Below are positions 38,976 through 55,600 of a stretch of DNA of 64,000 nucleotides, in pieces; position 1 is the stretch's first letter, and each line of letters begins with the position of its first letter. The notes below the pieces were generated by a model that made no database searches, was not told the origin of the DNA, and saw only the letters and a program-made list of their open reading frames with translations. The position numbers were made by a program, and so were the translations under genes. Source of the DNA: Eledone cirrhosa (lineage: Eukaryota); assembly GCA_964016885.1 (NCBI GenBank), contig OZ024741.1, forward strand, positions 353,400,001 through 353,464,000, written 5' to 3'.

Positions 38976-39565
38976 GTGGTGGATTGACAGAATCGTTAGT
39001 GTCAAACAAAATGTTTCGTGTCATTTGTTCAAATCTCGTCATGGTAAACTTTCTCTTTTATTCTTTCATGGGTCTAGAAAATAAAGTGCCAGTCTGTGGA
39101 CTGGCAGAATCGTTAGAGTGTTAGACAAAATGTTTCGTGTCATTTGTTCAAATCTCGCCACGGTAAACTTTCTCTTTTATTCTTTCATGGGTCAAGGAAA
39201 TAAAGTACCGGTCTGTGGATTGCCAGAATCGTTAGAACATCGGACAAAATGTTTCGTGTCATTTGTTCAAATCTCGTCAAGGTAAACTTCCTCTTTTATT
39301 CTTTCATGTGTCAAGGAAATAAAGTACCAGTCTGTGGATTAGCAGAATCGTTAGAATGTCGGGCAAAATATTTCGTGTCATTTGTTCAAATCTCAAGGTA
39401 AACTGTGTCTTTTATTTCTTCATGGGTTAAGAAAATAAAGTACCAGTCTGTGGACTGGCAGAATCGTTAGAGGGTCAAACAAAATGCTTCGCAATATTTG
39501 TTCAAATTCTCCTATAATAAATTTTGTCTTTCATTCTTCCTGGGTCGATAAAATAAAGTATCAGT
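38976..39565 (+). repeat. Tandem array of five ~120-bp SINE-derived units
   Basis: Unit GTGGA(C/T)TGGCAGAATCGTTAGA...GTTCAAATCTCG...TCATGGGTC...AATAAAGTACCAGTCT, starting at about 38978, 39096, 39215, 39334 and 39448. Confidence 0.85.
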
Positions 39566-40330
39566 TAAGTATTAGTTGCTGGTCATTTCTTACATTATCT
39601 GTTAGTGGTACTATGAGTGAGTATGGATACACGTATTAATAGGGTTCCAGATAACCCAAAATTATATCGTGGGTTATATCCTGTTGGTTGTATCTCTTGA
39701 CGCTTGACTCGCAAAGGGATAGTGTCCATAGCTTATTATAGTATCCCGCTGATGTCGGAAGGGAAGCGCTATAAAAAGTTGATATAGAGAGTATACCATG
39801 ATATCTGAGTACTATGGTTCTCACCTGATTCGCTTTTGGCTTCGTAACATTTTTCAGTCATATCTTGGTAACTGCTTCTGTTGGTAGGCTGAAGTTGGTC
39901 AGAAATGCCATGCCGAACACAGTCAAACATCTAGAGTAGCACCCCACCCAACAATTGGCTGCACCAGTTGCAGGGACTTGATTCATTGATTGATTCGAAA
40001 ACAACTCCAGAAATTTCTCTCTTTAAATAAATATTCACAGAATAATAAGTATTTAGTAGTGGTTCTAGATCCCAACAAGAAAATAAGATCGTTCATAACA
40101 TGACACGCTGCCGCTGAGTTTGAAAAAAAGAACGAAGCATCAGAAAGGTAAGGATATTGAAGAAAAGATATTGATGACTTTTATGTTGACTTTTCTGTCG
40201 AGAGAGAGAGAGAGAGAGACTAATAATATTTCAATATTTTCTCATTTCCAATATCCCATATTTTTAAAAGTGGAAAGAACAAAATATGTTGTACTCGGTC
40301 GCATTATTTTGTTTTATGTGGATTTTTAAT

Positions 40331-40735
40331 GGCGGTGGATTGGCAGTATCGGTAGAGGTTCGGATGCCATGCTTTGACGCATAGAGTTACGGCCCTTGCC
40401 ATTCTGAGTTCAAATCCCGCCGAGGTTAACTTTGCCTTTCATCCTTACGGGGTCGATAAAATAAAGTACCAGTAATGTACTGGGTAATTTTCTGGCCTTG
40501 TGCCAATAGTAGAAACAATTATTTTGTTTTATGTTATTAGGGCGGTGGATTGGCAGTATCGGTAGAGGGTCAGACGCGATCCTTTGCAACAAAGAGTTAC
40601 GGCCCTTTATGGTCTGAGTTCAAATCCCGCCGAGCTTAACTTTGCCTTTCATCCTTATGAGGTCGACAAAATAAAGTACCAGTAACACACTGGGAAAATT
40701 GCTAGCCTTGTGCCAAAAGTAGAAACAATTATTTT
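40331..40735 (+). mobile_element. Two head-to-tail full-length Deu/Nin-type SINEs (40331-40522, 40541-40735)
   Basis: Each has GGCGGTGGATTGGCAGTATCGGTAGAG, GAGTTCAAATCCC, GCCTTTCATCCTTA-G-GGTCGA-AAAATAAAGTACCAG and the AGAAACAATTATT tail. Confidence 0.85.
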
Positions 40736-41018
40736 GTTATATGTTTTCCTAACCATAAGGAACTGCTAACTCTGGTTTTTATGTCTTTAAGATTATATAT
40801 TAAGCATGAATTATTTGTTTGTCTTGAATCAACGTTGCCATATCTATACGAACCTTTACAAAAATATCCCAGGTCCGCAGTTCTGGCTACTACAGAATCT
40901 GTCATAGATTTGGAAAGTCAAGAGTATCAATACATGTGCTGACATTATCTTGGGATCTAGAACCACTACTAAATACTTATTTTCAATAATCTGTATATAT
41001 GTTAATATATGGTTATAT

Positions 41019-41082
<64 letters not shown>

Positions 41083-41185
41083 ATATGTGAACGTATACAT
41101 CGGCTCACATTCATTGACACACTCATATGCACGCATGTATACACACATATATTTGGATATTTCAGTATGCATGCACATATATGTC

Positions 41186-41244
<59 letters not shown>

Positions 41245-42225
41245 AGCATATATATATATATATATATGTGTGTGTGTACATCTATGAACGTATGCATGTG
41301 CTCACATCCATTGACACACTCATATGCACGCATGTTTACACATGTATTTAGATATTTCTGTATGCATGCCTATGCATGTACATATATGTCCATATATATA
41401 TATAATAGATAAGCATATATATATATGTGTGTGTGTGTGTCTGCTTTTAGATACATGCATAGAAGTATATGCAACGGACTTCTTTCTTTTCCCAGTGAAT
41501 CTGAGCCCTCTGGCTGCTTATGTAAGAAGTCAATATTTGGTATCAATGTGAAGTATCTCAGAAATGTTTGCATATGTTGTCTCGTTATGGTTGTTTTTGC
41601 ATTGGTAGAAATAGCGACTGCATAGTTATGTAGACGTTTTTCTATCTTGTACAAATAACTGGACTGTATAAACTTTTATGTCTGATTTGACACCTTCCAG
41701 CATTATTTGCCTATCACATTGTAAAGCCTCATTTATTCCTTCTCCAGTCATTCAGTCAGTCATTCGTCCGTTGATGCGATGAAGTCTTACAAATGTAAGT
41801 TTGTAGCTTTAGGATATTTTTATACTCGTTCCTATTTTTCGTATATAATAGATCTGAAACTATAATAAATTCTTATTCTACTCATCTTTTATAGCTAAAT
41901 GTATTTATGGTGTAAATCAAATTAACATAATCCTGTCAGGTTTAAACAATCCTTTCATATAGCCAAGAGAGAGAATGTGTCTAGTAATCTGTCGGAATCA
42001 AATCATTTATAGTAATGCTGTCTCCCAAGTTTTCTTTTTCCCGTTAAAGGTGTTCACGATTGTTTATTTGTGAAAGATGTGATTTCATACTCACTTCTTG
42101 ATAAAATTGTTAATTATTGTTGAGCAGCAGCAAACGAGTTGTTCTTTCACCAATTTAAATGATTGTTTATTTACAAAGACCATGTTAATTATTCCTTAGA
42201 TCAGTTTTAAGCAATAGCCACCACT

Positions 42226-42315
<90 letters not shown>

Positions 42316-42333
42316 ATATATATTATTTATATA

Positions 42334-42367
<34 letters not shown>

Positions 42368-42368
<1 letters not shown>

Positions 42369-42545
42369 CTGAGCTCCGGCCGTTACGACAGCTAGATCCG
42401 ATCAGTTCGGATCTAGCTGTCGAAACGGCCAGAGCTCAGCTGTCGGGGTCCTGACTCTTTTCCTATTACCCACTCTACTACCGTAAGTATCGAGTACTCT
42501 GGTGCGTTATGGTCCACCTGGTTTCTTACCACACCTTCTTTGTTA
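42368..42545 (+). mobile_element. Family B fold-back insert (subfamily variant)
   Basis: GACAGCTAGATCCGA-tcagt-TCGGATCTAGCTGTC-GAAA-CGGC...GCTG-TC-GGGGT plus the family B tail; TA flanks. Confidence 0.75.
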
Positions 42546-42725
42546 TATATATATATATATATAGCGAGAGAGAGAGGGGGGGAAGAGAGAGGGAGAAAGA
42601 GAGGGAGGAAGAGAAAGAGTGAGACTCTACACTGCTGAGATAGGAGAGACCCCTAGTCATGGGGGTATTCAATGCATGGATAGATGCAGGGTGTGTATAG
42701 AGATATGTAAAGTCCCGGGATCTTA

Positions 42726-44607
<1,882 letters not shown>

Positions 44608-44627
44608 TATAACAAGTAATAGCAAGT

Positions 44628-44705
44628 ATTACCCACTCTACTACCCCAAGTATTGAGTACTTTGGTGCGTTATGGGCCATCTGGTTCCTTACCACAATTC
44701 CTTCG

Positions 44706-44708
<3 letters not shown>
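44628..44708 (+). mobile_element. Family B tail-only fragment
   Basis: ATTACCCACTCTACTACCCCAAGTATTGAGTACTTTGGTGCGTTATGG...CCTTCGTTA followed by (TA)n. Confidence 0.75.
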
Positions 44709-44747
<39 letters not shown>

Positions 44748-45094
44748 AAATGTGTGAGGTCCTTGGTACAGTTTGACAATCGCAACCGATGAATGCGAGA
44801 AAGTTCTCCGAGAAAGTTAACCAGGAATCTTTAAAATTCTTCCCACCGAAGTTAACAAAGAAGTTACTAGATCTGCCAACTCATATTATTATAATATTAA
44901 AATTAAATGAAATTATTTAGAACTACAATACAAGGCGTCGAATTAGCAACGACGTTAAATCGCCAGTTCGTGTTGTGCGTCGCGGAATTTATTCCAGCTC
45001 TCTGAGGCCTGGGTTTAAATTTTCAGGGTTGATAAAAACAGTACTAGTCTAGAGCTGTGGTTTGGCGGAATTTTTAGGGCGTCGAGTGTAATAC

Positions 45095-45305
45095 CTGGCA
45101 GGTTTGTTTCCCGCTTCATGCGTTCCCCGTTCACTTGCGATGTCACTGTTGCCTGCTGCATCAGCCCTTGCTTTTTCCTTAGAAAATAATATAGACGTTG
45201 AGATGGGAGACTTGCATTTAAGGGTAACTGGAAACAACCTAGCTCGGGCCTGCACTTTGGAGAGTAGCTGCAGATCTATAGTTTCACGAGGTATACGTTG
45301 ACCCC
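45095..45305 (-). CDS. Possible host exon (unknown product)
   Basis: Unique, more GC-rich 211 bp bounded by a TTTGTTTATTCATCAG acceptor and a CAG|GTATTA donor. Only one minus frame is open (GQRIPRETIDLQLLSKVQ...GNKPA). No recognisable domain. Confidence 0.3.
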
Positions 45306-45719
45306 CTGATGAATAAACAAACACATACACAAACATTACATACTCACGCATGCACACACACACACAGACACGCGCGCGCGCGTATATGTGTGTGTAAGTG
45401 TGCATGTGCACATATACACGCACCTAAATCATAGATACACACTCTTAATTATTGACAATAACAACTATATAGGAGTTTGCATATGTGCATACGTGTGGAG
45501 CTATTATTGATCGTATCGCCTGATTAACGGATGGAAACAGGCAGCGATGGGCATTGGAGCGATTTAGGAGAATATGGAACGCCTAACCTAGAGTTAAGAT
45601 TATATTTTACTCTATGTTTATGTGTGGAATTTGAGCCCTGATGTAATGAGACTCTACAGGAACGAAGGACTAGCCTTCATTCACACTTATTAGCTTAAAA
45701 TTGTGGACTACATCCATAA

Positions 45720-46140
45720 ATGTGGCTGAGTGGTTAAGGAGTTTGCTTCGTAACCACCTAGTACCGGGTTCGGCCTCACTGCACGTCACCTTGAGATGAC
45801 GGCTTCCACTAGAGCCTCGGGTTTAACAATGTTTTGTTATTGGAATTTGGAAAACAAAATATGCAGAAGCACGTCGTATATATATGTGTGCATGTATGTA
45901 TGCGTGTGTGTTTGTGTACGTGTTCGTTCGTGTTTGTTTGTGTACGCGCGGGTGTGTGTGTTTATGCTTATATATCTATATGCGTTTGTCCGTAACCTAG
46001 CGTTTCATAAAAAAGTGACCTATAAAATAAGTACCAAATTTGAATAAATATGAACTGAGGTCGATATGATTGACTAAAATCCCTTTACCACGGTGCCTCT
46101 GCATGGTCTCTCTCCAAAGACTGAAACCAATAAGAGAGTA
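45720..46140 (+). mobile_element. tRNA-derived SINE of a second family, degenerate
   Basis: TGGCTGAGTGGTTAAG...GGGTTCGGCC-CACTGCACGTCACCTTG head, an internal (TG) tract and a distal ATAAAATAAGTACCA core. Confidence 0.55.
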
Positions 46141-46417
46141 GAAGAATGTGCTTCCGGGTTCAATAAAACAAAATACCAAACATGTACTGAGGTCGAAAAG
46201 TTAAAATATCTAGAAAGGGTATTTTACACGGAAGTAGAGTGTATACTATATATTGTATGTATACTCTATATGTATGTATAGATTCGTAACTCTTTGTAGG
46301 GACACCGTAGTGATGATATACGGAACCAAACCTGGTAAAGCCCATCTTATCCAGTCGATTTCTTCCAGAAAGTAGCAGAGTGGAAGTGAGAAAAGGATAT
46401 AGAGGAAAAATTAACTC

Positions 46418-46568
46418 CAGTACTGGACCGATACTTCATTTATCGATGTCGAAAGGATGAAAAGCAAAGTTGCCCTCGGAGGGATTTGAACTCAGACAAC
46501 AGAAAACCAGAAAGAATACCACAAAGCATTCTGTCTACCATATTAACTGCTTTGCCAATTCGCTGCCT
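46418..46568 (-). mobile_element. Degenerate Deu/Nin-type SINE
   Basis: TTTATCGA...AAGGATGAAAAGCAAAGTT...GGATTTGAACTCAGA...TGCCAATTCGCTGCC. Another decayed copy lies at ~44933-45045 on plus. Confidence 0.65.
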
Positions 46569-46619
46569 AAACTATACCTACTGTACATACTGTATACTCT
46601 GTGTACACTGCTAAGTACG

Positions 46620-49600
46620 TATAGTGTTTACTGTGTATAGTGCATACGGTGTATAGTATTTACTGTGTATAGTGCATACTGTGTATAGTGCATACTGTGT
46701 ATAGTGCATACTGTGCATAGTGCATACTGTGTATAGTGCATACTGTGTATAGTGTTTACTGTGTATAGTGCATACTGTGTATAGTGCATACTGTGTATAG
46801 TGTTTACTGTGTATAGTGCATACTGTGTATAGTGCATACTGTGTATAGTGTTTACTGTGTATAGTGTTTACTGTGTATAGTGCATACTGTGTATAGTGTT
46901 TACTGTGTATAGTACATACTGTGTATAGTGCATACTGTGTATAGTGTTTACTGTGTATAGTGTTTACTGTGTATAGTGCATACTGTGTATAGTGCATACT
47001 GTGTATAGTGTTTACTGTGTATAGTGCATACTGTGTATAGTGTTTACTGTGTATAGTACATACTGTGTATAGTGTTTACTGTGTATAGTGTTTACTGTGT
47101 ATAGTGCATACTGTGGATAGTGCATACTGTGTATAGTGTTTACTGTGTATAGTGTAAACTGTGTATAGTATTTAATGTGTATAGTATTTACTATGTATAG
47201 TATTTACTGTGTATAGTATTTACTGTGTATAGTGCATACTGTGTATAGTATTTACTGCGTATAGTGTTTACTGTGTATAGTACATACTGTGTATAGTGTT
47301 TACTGTGTATAGTACATACTGTGTATAGTGCATACTGTGTATAGTGTTTACTGTGTATAGTACATACTGTGTATAGTGCATACTGTGTATAGTGTTTACT
47401 GTGTATAGTGCATACTGTGTATAGTATTTACTGTGTATAGTATTTACTGTGTATAGTATTTACTGTGTATAGTATTTACTGTGTATAGTATTTACTGTGT
47501 ATAGTGCATACTGTGTATAGTATTTACTGCGTATAGTGTTTACTGTGTATAGTACATACTGTGTATAGTGTTTACTGTGTATAGTACATACTGTGTATAG
47601 TATTTACTGTGTATAGTATTTACTATGTATAGTGCATACTGTGTATAGTGTTTACTGTGTATAGTGTTTACTGTGTATAGTGCATACTATGTATAGTGTT
47701 TACTGTGTATAGTGCATACTGTGTATAGTGCATACTGTGTATAGTGCATACTATGTATAGTACATACTGTGTATAGTGCATACAATGTATAGTACATACT
47801 GTGTATAGTGCATACAATGTATAGTGCATACTGTGTATAGTGCATACTATGTATAGTGCATACTGTGTATAGTGCATACTATGTATAGTACATACTGTGT
47901 ATAGTGCATACTATGTATAGTGCATACTGTGTATAGTGCATACTATGTATAGTACATACTGTGTATAGTGCATACTATGTATAGTGTTTACTGTGTATAG
48001 TACATACTGTGTATAGTGCATACTATGTATAGTGTTTACTGTGTATAGTGCATACTGTGTATAGTGCATACTGTGTATAGTGCATGCTATGTATAGTGTT
48101 TACTGTGTATAGTGCATACTGTGTATAGTATTTACTGTGTATAGTGCATACTGTGTATAGTGTTTACTGTGTATAGTGCGTACTGTGTATAGAGCATACT
48201 GTGTATAGTGCATACTGTGTATAGTGCATACTATGTATAGTGCATACTATGTATAGTGTTTACTGTGTATAGTGCATACTGTGTATAGTATTTACTGTGT
48301 ATAGTGCATACTGTGTATAGTGCATACTGTGTATAGTGCATACTATGTATAGTGTTTACTGTGTATAGTGCATACTGTGTATAGTGCATACTGTGTATAG
48401 TATTGACTGTGTATAGTGCATACTATGTATAGTGTTTACTGTGTATAGTGCATACTGTGTATAGTATTTACTGTGTATAGTGCATACTGTGTATAGTGCA
48501 TACTGTGTATAGTGTTTACTGTGTATAGTGCATACTGTGTATAGTGCATACTGTGTATAGTGTTTACTGTGTATAGTGCATACTGTGTATAGTGCATAAT
48601 GTGTATAGTGCATACTGTGTATAGTGCATACTGTGTATAGTGCATACTGTGTATAGTATTTACTGTGTATAATGCATACTGTGTATAGTGCATACTGTGT
48701 ATAGTGCATACTGTGTATAGTATTTACTGTGTATAGTGCATACTGTGTATAGCGCATACTGTGTATAGTGCATACTATGTATAGTGCATACTTTGTATAG
48801 TGCATACTGTGTATAGTATTTACTGTGTATAGTATTTACTGTGTATAGTGCATACTGTGTATAGTGCATACTATGTATAGTGCATACTGTGTATAGTGCA
48901 TACTGTGTATAGTGCATAATGTGTATAGTGCATACTGTGTATAGTGCATACTGTGTATAGTGCATAATGTGTATAGTGCATACTGTGTATAGTGCATAAT
49001 GTGTATAGTGCATACTGTGTATAGTGCATAATGTGTATAGTGCATAATGTGTATAGTGCATAATGTGTATAGTGCATACTGTGTATAGAGCATACTGTGT
49101 ATAGTATTTACTGTGTATAGTGCATACTGTGTATAGTGCATACTGTGTATAGTGCATACTGTGTATAGTGCATACTGTGTATAGTGTTTACTGTGTATAG
49201 TGCATACTGTGTATAGTGCATACTGTGTATAGTGCATACTGTGTATAGTGCATACTGTGTATCGTATTTACTGTGTATAGTGCATACTGTGTATAGTGCA
49301 TACTGTGTATAGTATTTACTGTGTATAGTGCATACTGTGTATAGTGCATAATGTGTATATTGCATACTGTGTATAGTGCATACTGTGTATAGTGCATACT
49401 GTGTATAGTGCATACTGTGTATCGTATTTACTGTGTATAGTGCATACTGTGTATAGTGCATACTGTGTATAGTGCATACTGTGTATAGTATTTACTGTGT
49501 ATAGTGCATACTGTGTATAGTGCATACTGTGTATAGTATTTACTGTGTATAGTGCATACTGTGTATAGTGCATACTGTGTATAGTGCATACTGTGTATAG

Positions 49601-52600
49601 TGCATACTGTGTATAGTATTTACTGTGTATAGTGCATACTGTGTATAGTATTTACTGTGTATAGTGCATACTGTGTATAGTGCATACTGTGTATAGTGCA
49701 TACTGTGTATAGTATTTACTGTGTATAGTGCATACTGTGTATAGTGCATACTGTGTATAGTGCATACTGTGTATAGTATTTACTGTGTATAGTGCATACT
49801 GTGTATAGTATTTACTGTGTATAGTGCATACTGTGTATAGTGCATACTGTGTATAGTGCATACTGTGTATAGTATTTACTGTGTATAGTGCATACTGTGT
49901 ATAGTGCATAATGTGTATAGTGCATACTGTGTATAGTATTTACTGTGTATAGTGCATACTGTGTATAGTACATACTGTGTATAGTGCATACTGTGTATAG
50001 TATTTACTGTGTATAGTGCATACTGTGTATAGTGCATAATGTGTATAGTGCATACTGTGTATAGTATTTACTGTGTATAGTGCATACTGTGTATAGTGCA
50101 TACTGTGTATAGTGCATAATGTGTATAGTGCATACTGTGTATAGTGCATACTGTGTATAGTGCATAATGTGTATAGTGCATACTGTGTATAGTGCATAAT
50201 GTGTATAGTGCATACTGTGTATAGTGCATACTGTGTATAGTGCATACTGTGTATAGTGCATAATGTGTATAGTGCATACTGTGTATAGTGCATACTGTGT
50301 ATCGTATTTACTGTGTATAGTGCATACTGTGTATAGTGCATAATGTGTATAGTGCATACTGTGTATAGTGCATAATGTGTATAGTGCATACTGTGTATAA
50401 TGCATACTGTGTATCGTATTTACTGTGTATAGTGCATACTGTGTATAGTATTTACTGTGTATAGTGCATACTGTGTATAGTATTTACTGTGTATAGTATT
50501 TACTGTGTGTAGTGCATACTGTGTATAGTGCATACTGTGTATAGTGCATACTGTGTATAGTGCATAATGTGTATAGTGCATACTGTGTATAGTATTTACT
50601 GTGTATATGCATACTGTGTATAGTATTTACTGTGTATAGTATTTACTATGTATAGTGCATACTGTGTATAGTGCATACTGTGTATAGTGCATACTGTGTA
50701 TAGTGCATACTGTGTATAGTGCATACTGTGTATAGTGCATACTGTGTATAGTATTTACTGTGTATAGTGCATACTGTGTATAGTATTTACTGTGTATAGT
50801 GCATACTGTGTATAGTGCATACTGTGTATAGTGCATACTGTGTATAGTGCATACTGTGTATAGTATTTACTGTGTATAGTGCATACTGTGTATAATATTT
50901 ACTGTGTATAGTATTTACTGTGTATAGTGCATACTGTGTAAAGTGCATACTGTGTATAGTGCAGAATGTGTTATAGTGCATACTGTGTATAGTGCATACT
51001 GTGTATAGTGCATACTGTGTATAGTATTTACTGTGTATAGTGCATACTGTGTATAGTATTTACTGTGTATAGTGCATACTGTGTATAGTATTTACTGTGT
51101 ATAGTGCATACTGTGTATAGTGCATACTGTGTATAGTGCATACTGTGTATAGTATTTACTGTGTATAGTGCATACTGTGTATAGTGCATACGGTGTATAG
51201 TGCATACTGTGTATAGTATTTACTGTGTATAGTGCATACTGTGTATAGTGCATACTGTGTATAGTGCATACTGTGTATAGTATTTACTGTGTATAGTGCA
51301 TACTGTGTATAGTATTTACTGTGTATAGTGCATACTGTGTATAGTATTTACTGTGTATAGTGCATACTGTGTATAGTATTTACTGTGTATAGTGCATACT
51401 GTGTATAGTGCATACTGTGTATAGTGCATACGGTGTATAGTGCATACGGTGTATAGTGCATACTGTGTATAGTGCATACTGTGTATAGTGCATAATGTGT
51501 ATAGTGAATACTGTGTATAGTGCATACTGTGTATAGTGCATACTGTGTATAGTATTTACTGTGTATAGTGCATACTGTGTATAGTATTTACTGTGTATAG
51601 TGCATACTGTGTATAGTATTTACTGTGTATAGTGCATACTGTGTATAGTGCATACTGTGTATAGTGCATACTGTGTATAGTATTTACTGTGTATAGTGCA
51701 TACTGTGTATAGTATTTACTGTGTATAGTGCATACTGTGTATAGTGCATACTGTGTATAGTGCATAATGTGTATAGTGCATACTGTGTATAGTGCATACT
51801 GTGTATAGTGCATACTGTGTATAGTATTTACTGTGTATAGTGCATACTGTGTATAGTATTTACTGTGTATAGTGCATACTGTGTATAGTGCATAATGTGT
51901 ATAGTGCATAATGTGTATAGTGCATACTGTGTATAGTGCATACTGTGTATAGTGCATACTGTGTATAGTGCATAATGTGTATAGTGCATACTGTGTATAG
52001 TGCATACTGTGTATAGTGCATACTGTGTATAGTGCATACTGTGTATAGTATTTACTGTGTATAGTGCATACTGTGTATAGTATTTACTGTGTATAGTGCA
52101 TACTGTGTATAGTATTTACTGTGTATAGTATTTACTGTGTATAGTGTATAGTGCATATTGTGTATAGTGCATAATGTGTATAGTGCATACTGTGTATAGT
52201 GCATACTGTGTATAGTGCATACTGTGTATAGTGCATACTGTGTATAGTATTTACTGTGTATAGTATTTACTGTGTATAGTGCATACTGTGTATAGTATTT
52301 ACTGTGTATACTGCATACTGTGTATAGTATTTACTGTGTATAGTGCATACTGTGTATAGTATTTACTGTGTATAGTGCATACTGTGTATAGTATTTACTG
52401 TGTATAGTGCATACTGTGTATAGTGCATACTGTGTATAGTGCATACTGTGTATAGTGCATACTGTGTATAGTGCATACAGTGTATAGTATTTACGGTGTA
52501 TAGTGCATAATGTGTATAGTGCATACTGTGTATAGTGCATACTGTGTATAGTGCATACTGTGTATAGTGCATACTGTGTATAGTATTTACTGTGTATAGT

Positions 52601-55600
52601 GCATACTGTGTATAGTATTTACTGTGTATAGTGCATACTGTGTATAGTATTTACTGTGTATAGTGCATACTGTGTATAGTATTTACTGTGTATAGTGCAT
52701 ACCGTGTATAGTATTTACTGTGTATAGTGCATACTGTGTATAGTGCATACGGTGTATAGTGCATACTGTGTATAGTGCATACTGGGTATAGTGCATACGG
52801 TGTATAGTGCATACGGTGTATAGTGCATACTGTGTATAGTGCATACTGTGTATAGTGCATAATGTGTATAGTGAATACTGTGTATAGTGCATACTGTGTA
52901 TAGTGCATACTGTGTATAGTATTTACTGTGTATAGTGCATACTGTGTATAGTATTTACTGTGTATAGTGCATACTGTGTATAGTATTTACTGTGTATAGT
53001 GCATACTGTGTATAGTGCATACTGTGTATAGTGCATACTGTGTATAGTATTTACTGTGTATAGTGCATACTGTGTATAGTATTTACTGTGTATAGTGCAT
53101 ACTGTGTATAGTGCATACTGTGTATAGTGCATAATGTGTATAGTGCATACTGTGTATAGTGCATACTGTGTATAGTGCATACTGTGTATAGTATTTACTG
53201 TGTATAGTGCATACTGTGTATAGTATTTACTGTGTATAGTGCATACTGTGTATAGTGCATAATGTGTATAGTGCATAATGTGTATAGTGCATACTGTGTA
53301 TAGTGCATGCTGTGTATAGTGCATACTGTGTATAGTGCATAATGTGTATAGTGCATACTGTGTATAGTGCATACTGTGTATAGTGCATACTGTGTATAGT
53401 GCATACTGTGTATAGTATTTACTGTGTATAGTGCATACTGTGTATAGTATTTACTGTGTATAGTGCATACTGTGTATAGTATTTACTGTGTATAGTATTT
53501 ACTGTGTATAGTGTATAGTGCATATTGTGTATAGTGCATAATGTGTATAGTGCATACTGTGTATAGTGCATACTGTGTATAGTGCATACTGTGTATAGTG
53601 CATACTGTGTATAGTATTTACTGTGTATAGTATTTACTGTGTATAGTGCATACTGTGTATAGTATTTACTGTGTATACTGCATACTGTGTATAGTATTTA
53701 CTGTGTATAGTGCATACTGTGTATAGTGCATACTGTGTATAGTATTTACTGTGTATAGTGCATACTGTGTATAGTGCATACTGTGTATAGTGCATACTGT
53801 GTATAGTGCATACTGTGTATAGTGCATACTGTGTATAGTGCATACTGTGTATAGTATTTACGGTGTATAGTGCATAATGTGTATAGTGCATACTGTGTAT
53901 AGTGCATACTGTGTATAGTGCATACTGTGTATAGTGCATACTGTGTATAGTGCATACTGTGTATAGTATTTACTGTGTATAGTGCATACTGTGTATAGTA
54001 TTTACTGTGTATAGTGCATACTGTGTATAGTATTTACTGTGTATAGTGCATACTGTGTATAGTATTTACTGTGTATAGTGCATACCGTGTATAGTATTTA
54101 CTGTGTATAGTGCATAGTGTGTATAGTATTTACTGTGTATAGTGCATACTGTGTATAGTGCATAATGTGTATAGTGCATACTGTGTATAGTGCATACTGT
54201 GTATAGTGCATACTGTGTATAGTGCATACTGTGTATAGTAATTACTGTGTATAGTGCATACTGTGTATAGTGCATACTGTGTATAGTGCATACTGTGTAT
54301 AGTGCATAATGTGTATAGTGCATACTGTGTATAGTGCATACTGTGTATAGTGCATACTGTGTATAGTATTTACTGTGTATAGTGCATACTGTGTATAGTA
54401 CATACTGTGTATAGAGCATACTGTGTATAGTATTTACTGTGTATAGTGCATACTGTGTATAGTATTTACTGTGTATAGTGCATACTGTGTATAGTATTTA
54501 CTGCGTATAGTGCATACTGTGTATAGTATTTGCTGTGTATAGTGCATACTGTGTATAGTATTTACTGTGTATAGTGCATACTGTGTATAGTATTTACTGT
54601 GTATAGTGCATACTGTGTATAGTATTTACTGTGTATAGTGCATACTGTGTATAGTATTTACTGTGTATAGTGCATACTGTGTATAGTGCATACTGTGTAT
54701 AGTGCATACTGTGTATAGTGCATACTGTGTATAGTATTTACTGTGTATAGTGCATACTGTGTATAGTATTTACTGTGTATAGTGCATACTGTGTATAGTA
54801 TTTACTGTGTATAGTGCATACTGTGTATAGTATTTACTGTGTATAGTGCATACTGTGTATAGTGTATACTGTGTATAGTGCATAATGTGTATAGTGCATA
54901 CTGTGTATAGTGCATACTGTGTATAGTGCATACTGTGTATAGTGCATACTGTGTATAGTATTTACTGTGTATAGTGCATACTGTGTATAGTATTTACTGT
55001 GTATAGTGCATACTGTGTATAGTATTTACTGTGTATAGTGCATACTGTGTATAGTGCATACTGTGTATAGTGCATACTGTGTATAGTATTTACTGTGTAT
55101 AGTGCATACTGTGTATAGTATTTACTGTGTATAGTGCATACTGTGTATAGTATTTACTGTGTATAGTGCATACTGTGTATAGTGCATACTGTGTATAGTG
55201 CATACTGTGTATAGTATTTACTGTGTATAGTGCATACTGTGTATAGTATTTACTGTGTATAGTGCATACTGTGTATAGTATTTACTGTGTATAGTGCATA
55301 CTGTTTATAGTGCATACTGTGTATAGTGCATACTGTGTATAGTATTTACTGTGTATAGTGCATACTATGTATAGTGCATACTGTGTATAGTATTTACTGT
55401 GTATAGTGCATACTGTGTATAGTATTTACTGTGTATAGTGCATACTGTGTATAGTATTTACGGTGTATAGTGCATACTGTGTATAGTATTTACTGTGTAT
55501 AGTGCATACTGTGTATAGTATTTACGGTGTATAGTGCATACTGTGTATAGTATTTACTGTGTATAGTGCATACCGTGTATAGTATTTACTGTGTATAGTG

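Noticed and set aside
45306-45320. CTGATGA here and at ~32027-32033 (minus) as hammerheads
   Set aside because: No stem II-GAAA-stem III follows either.
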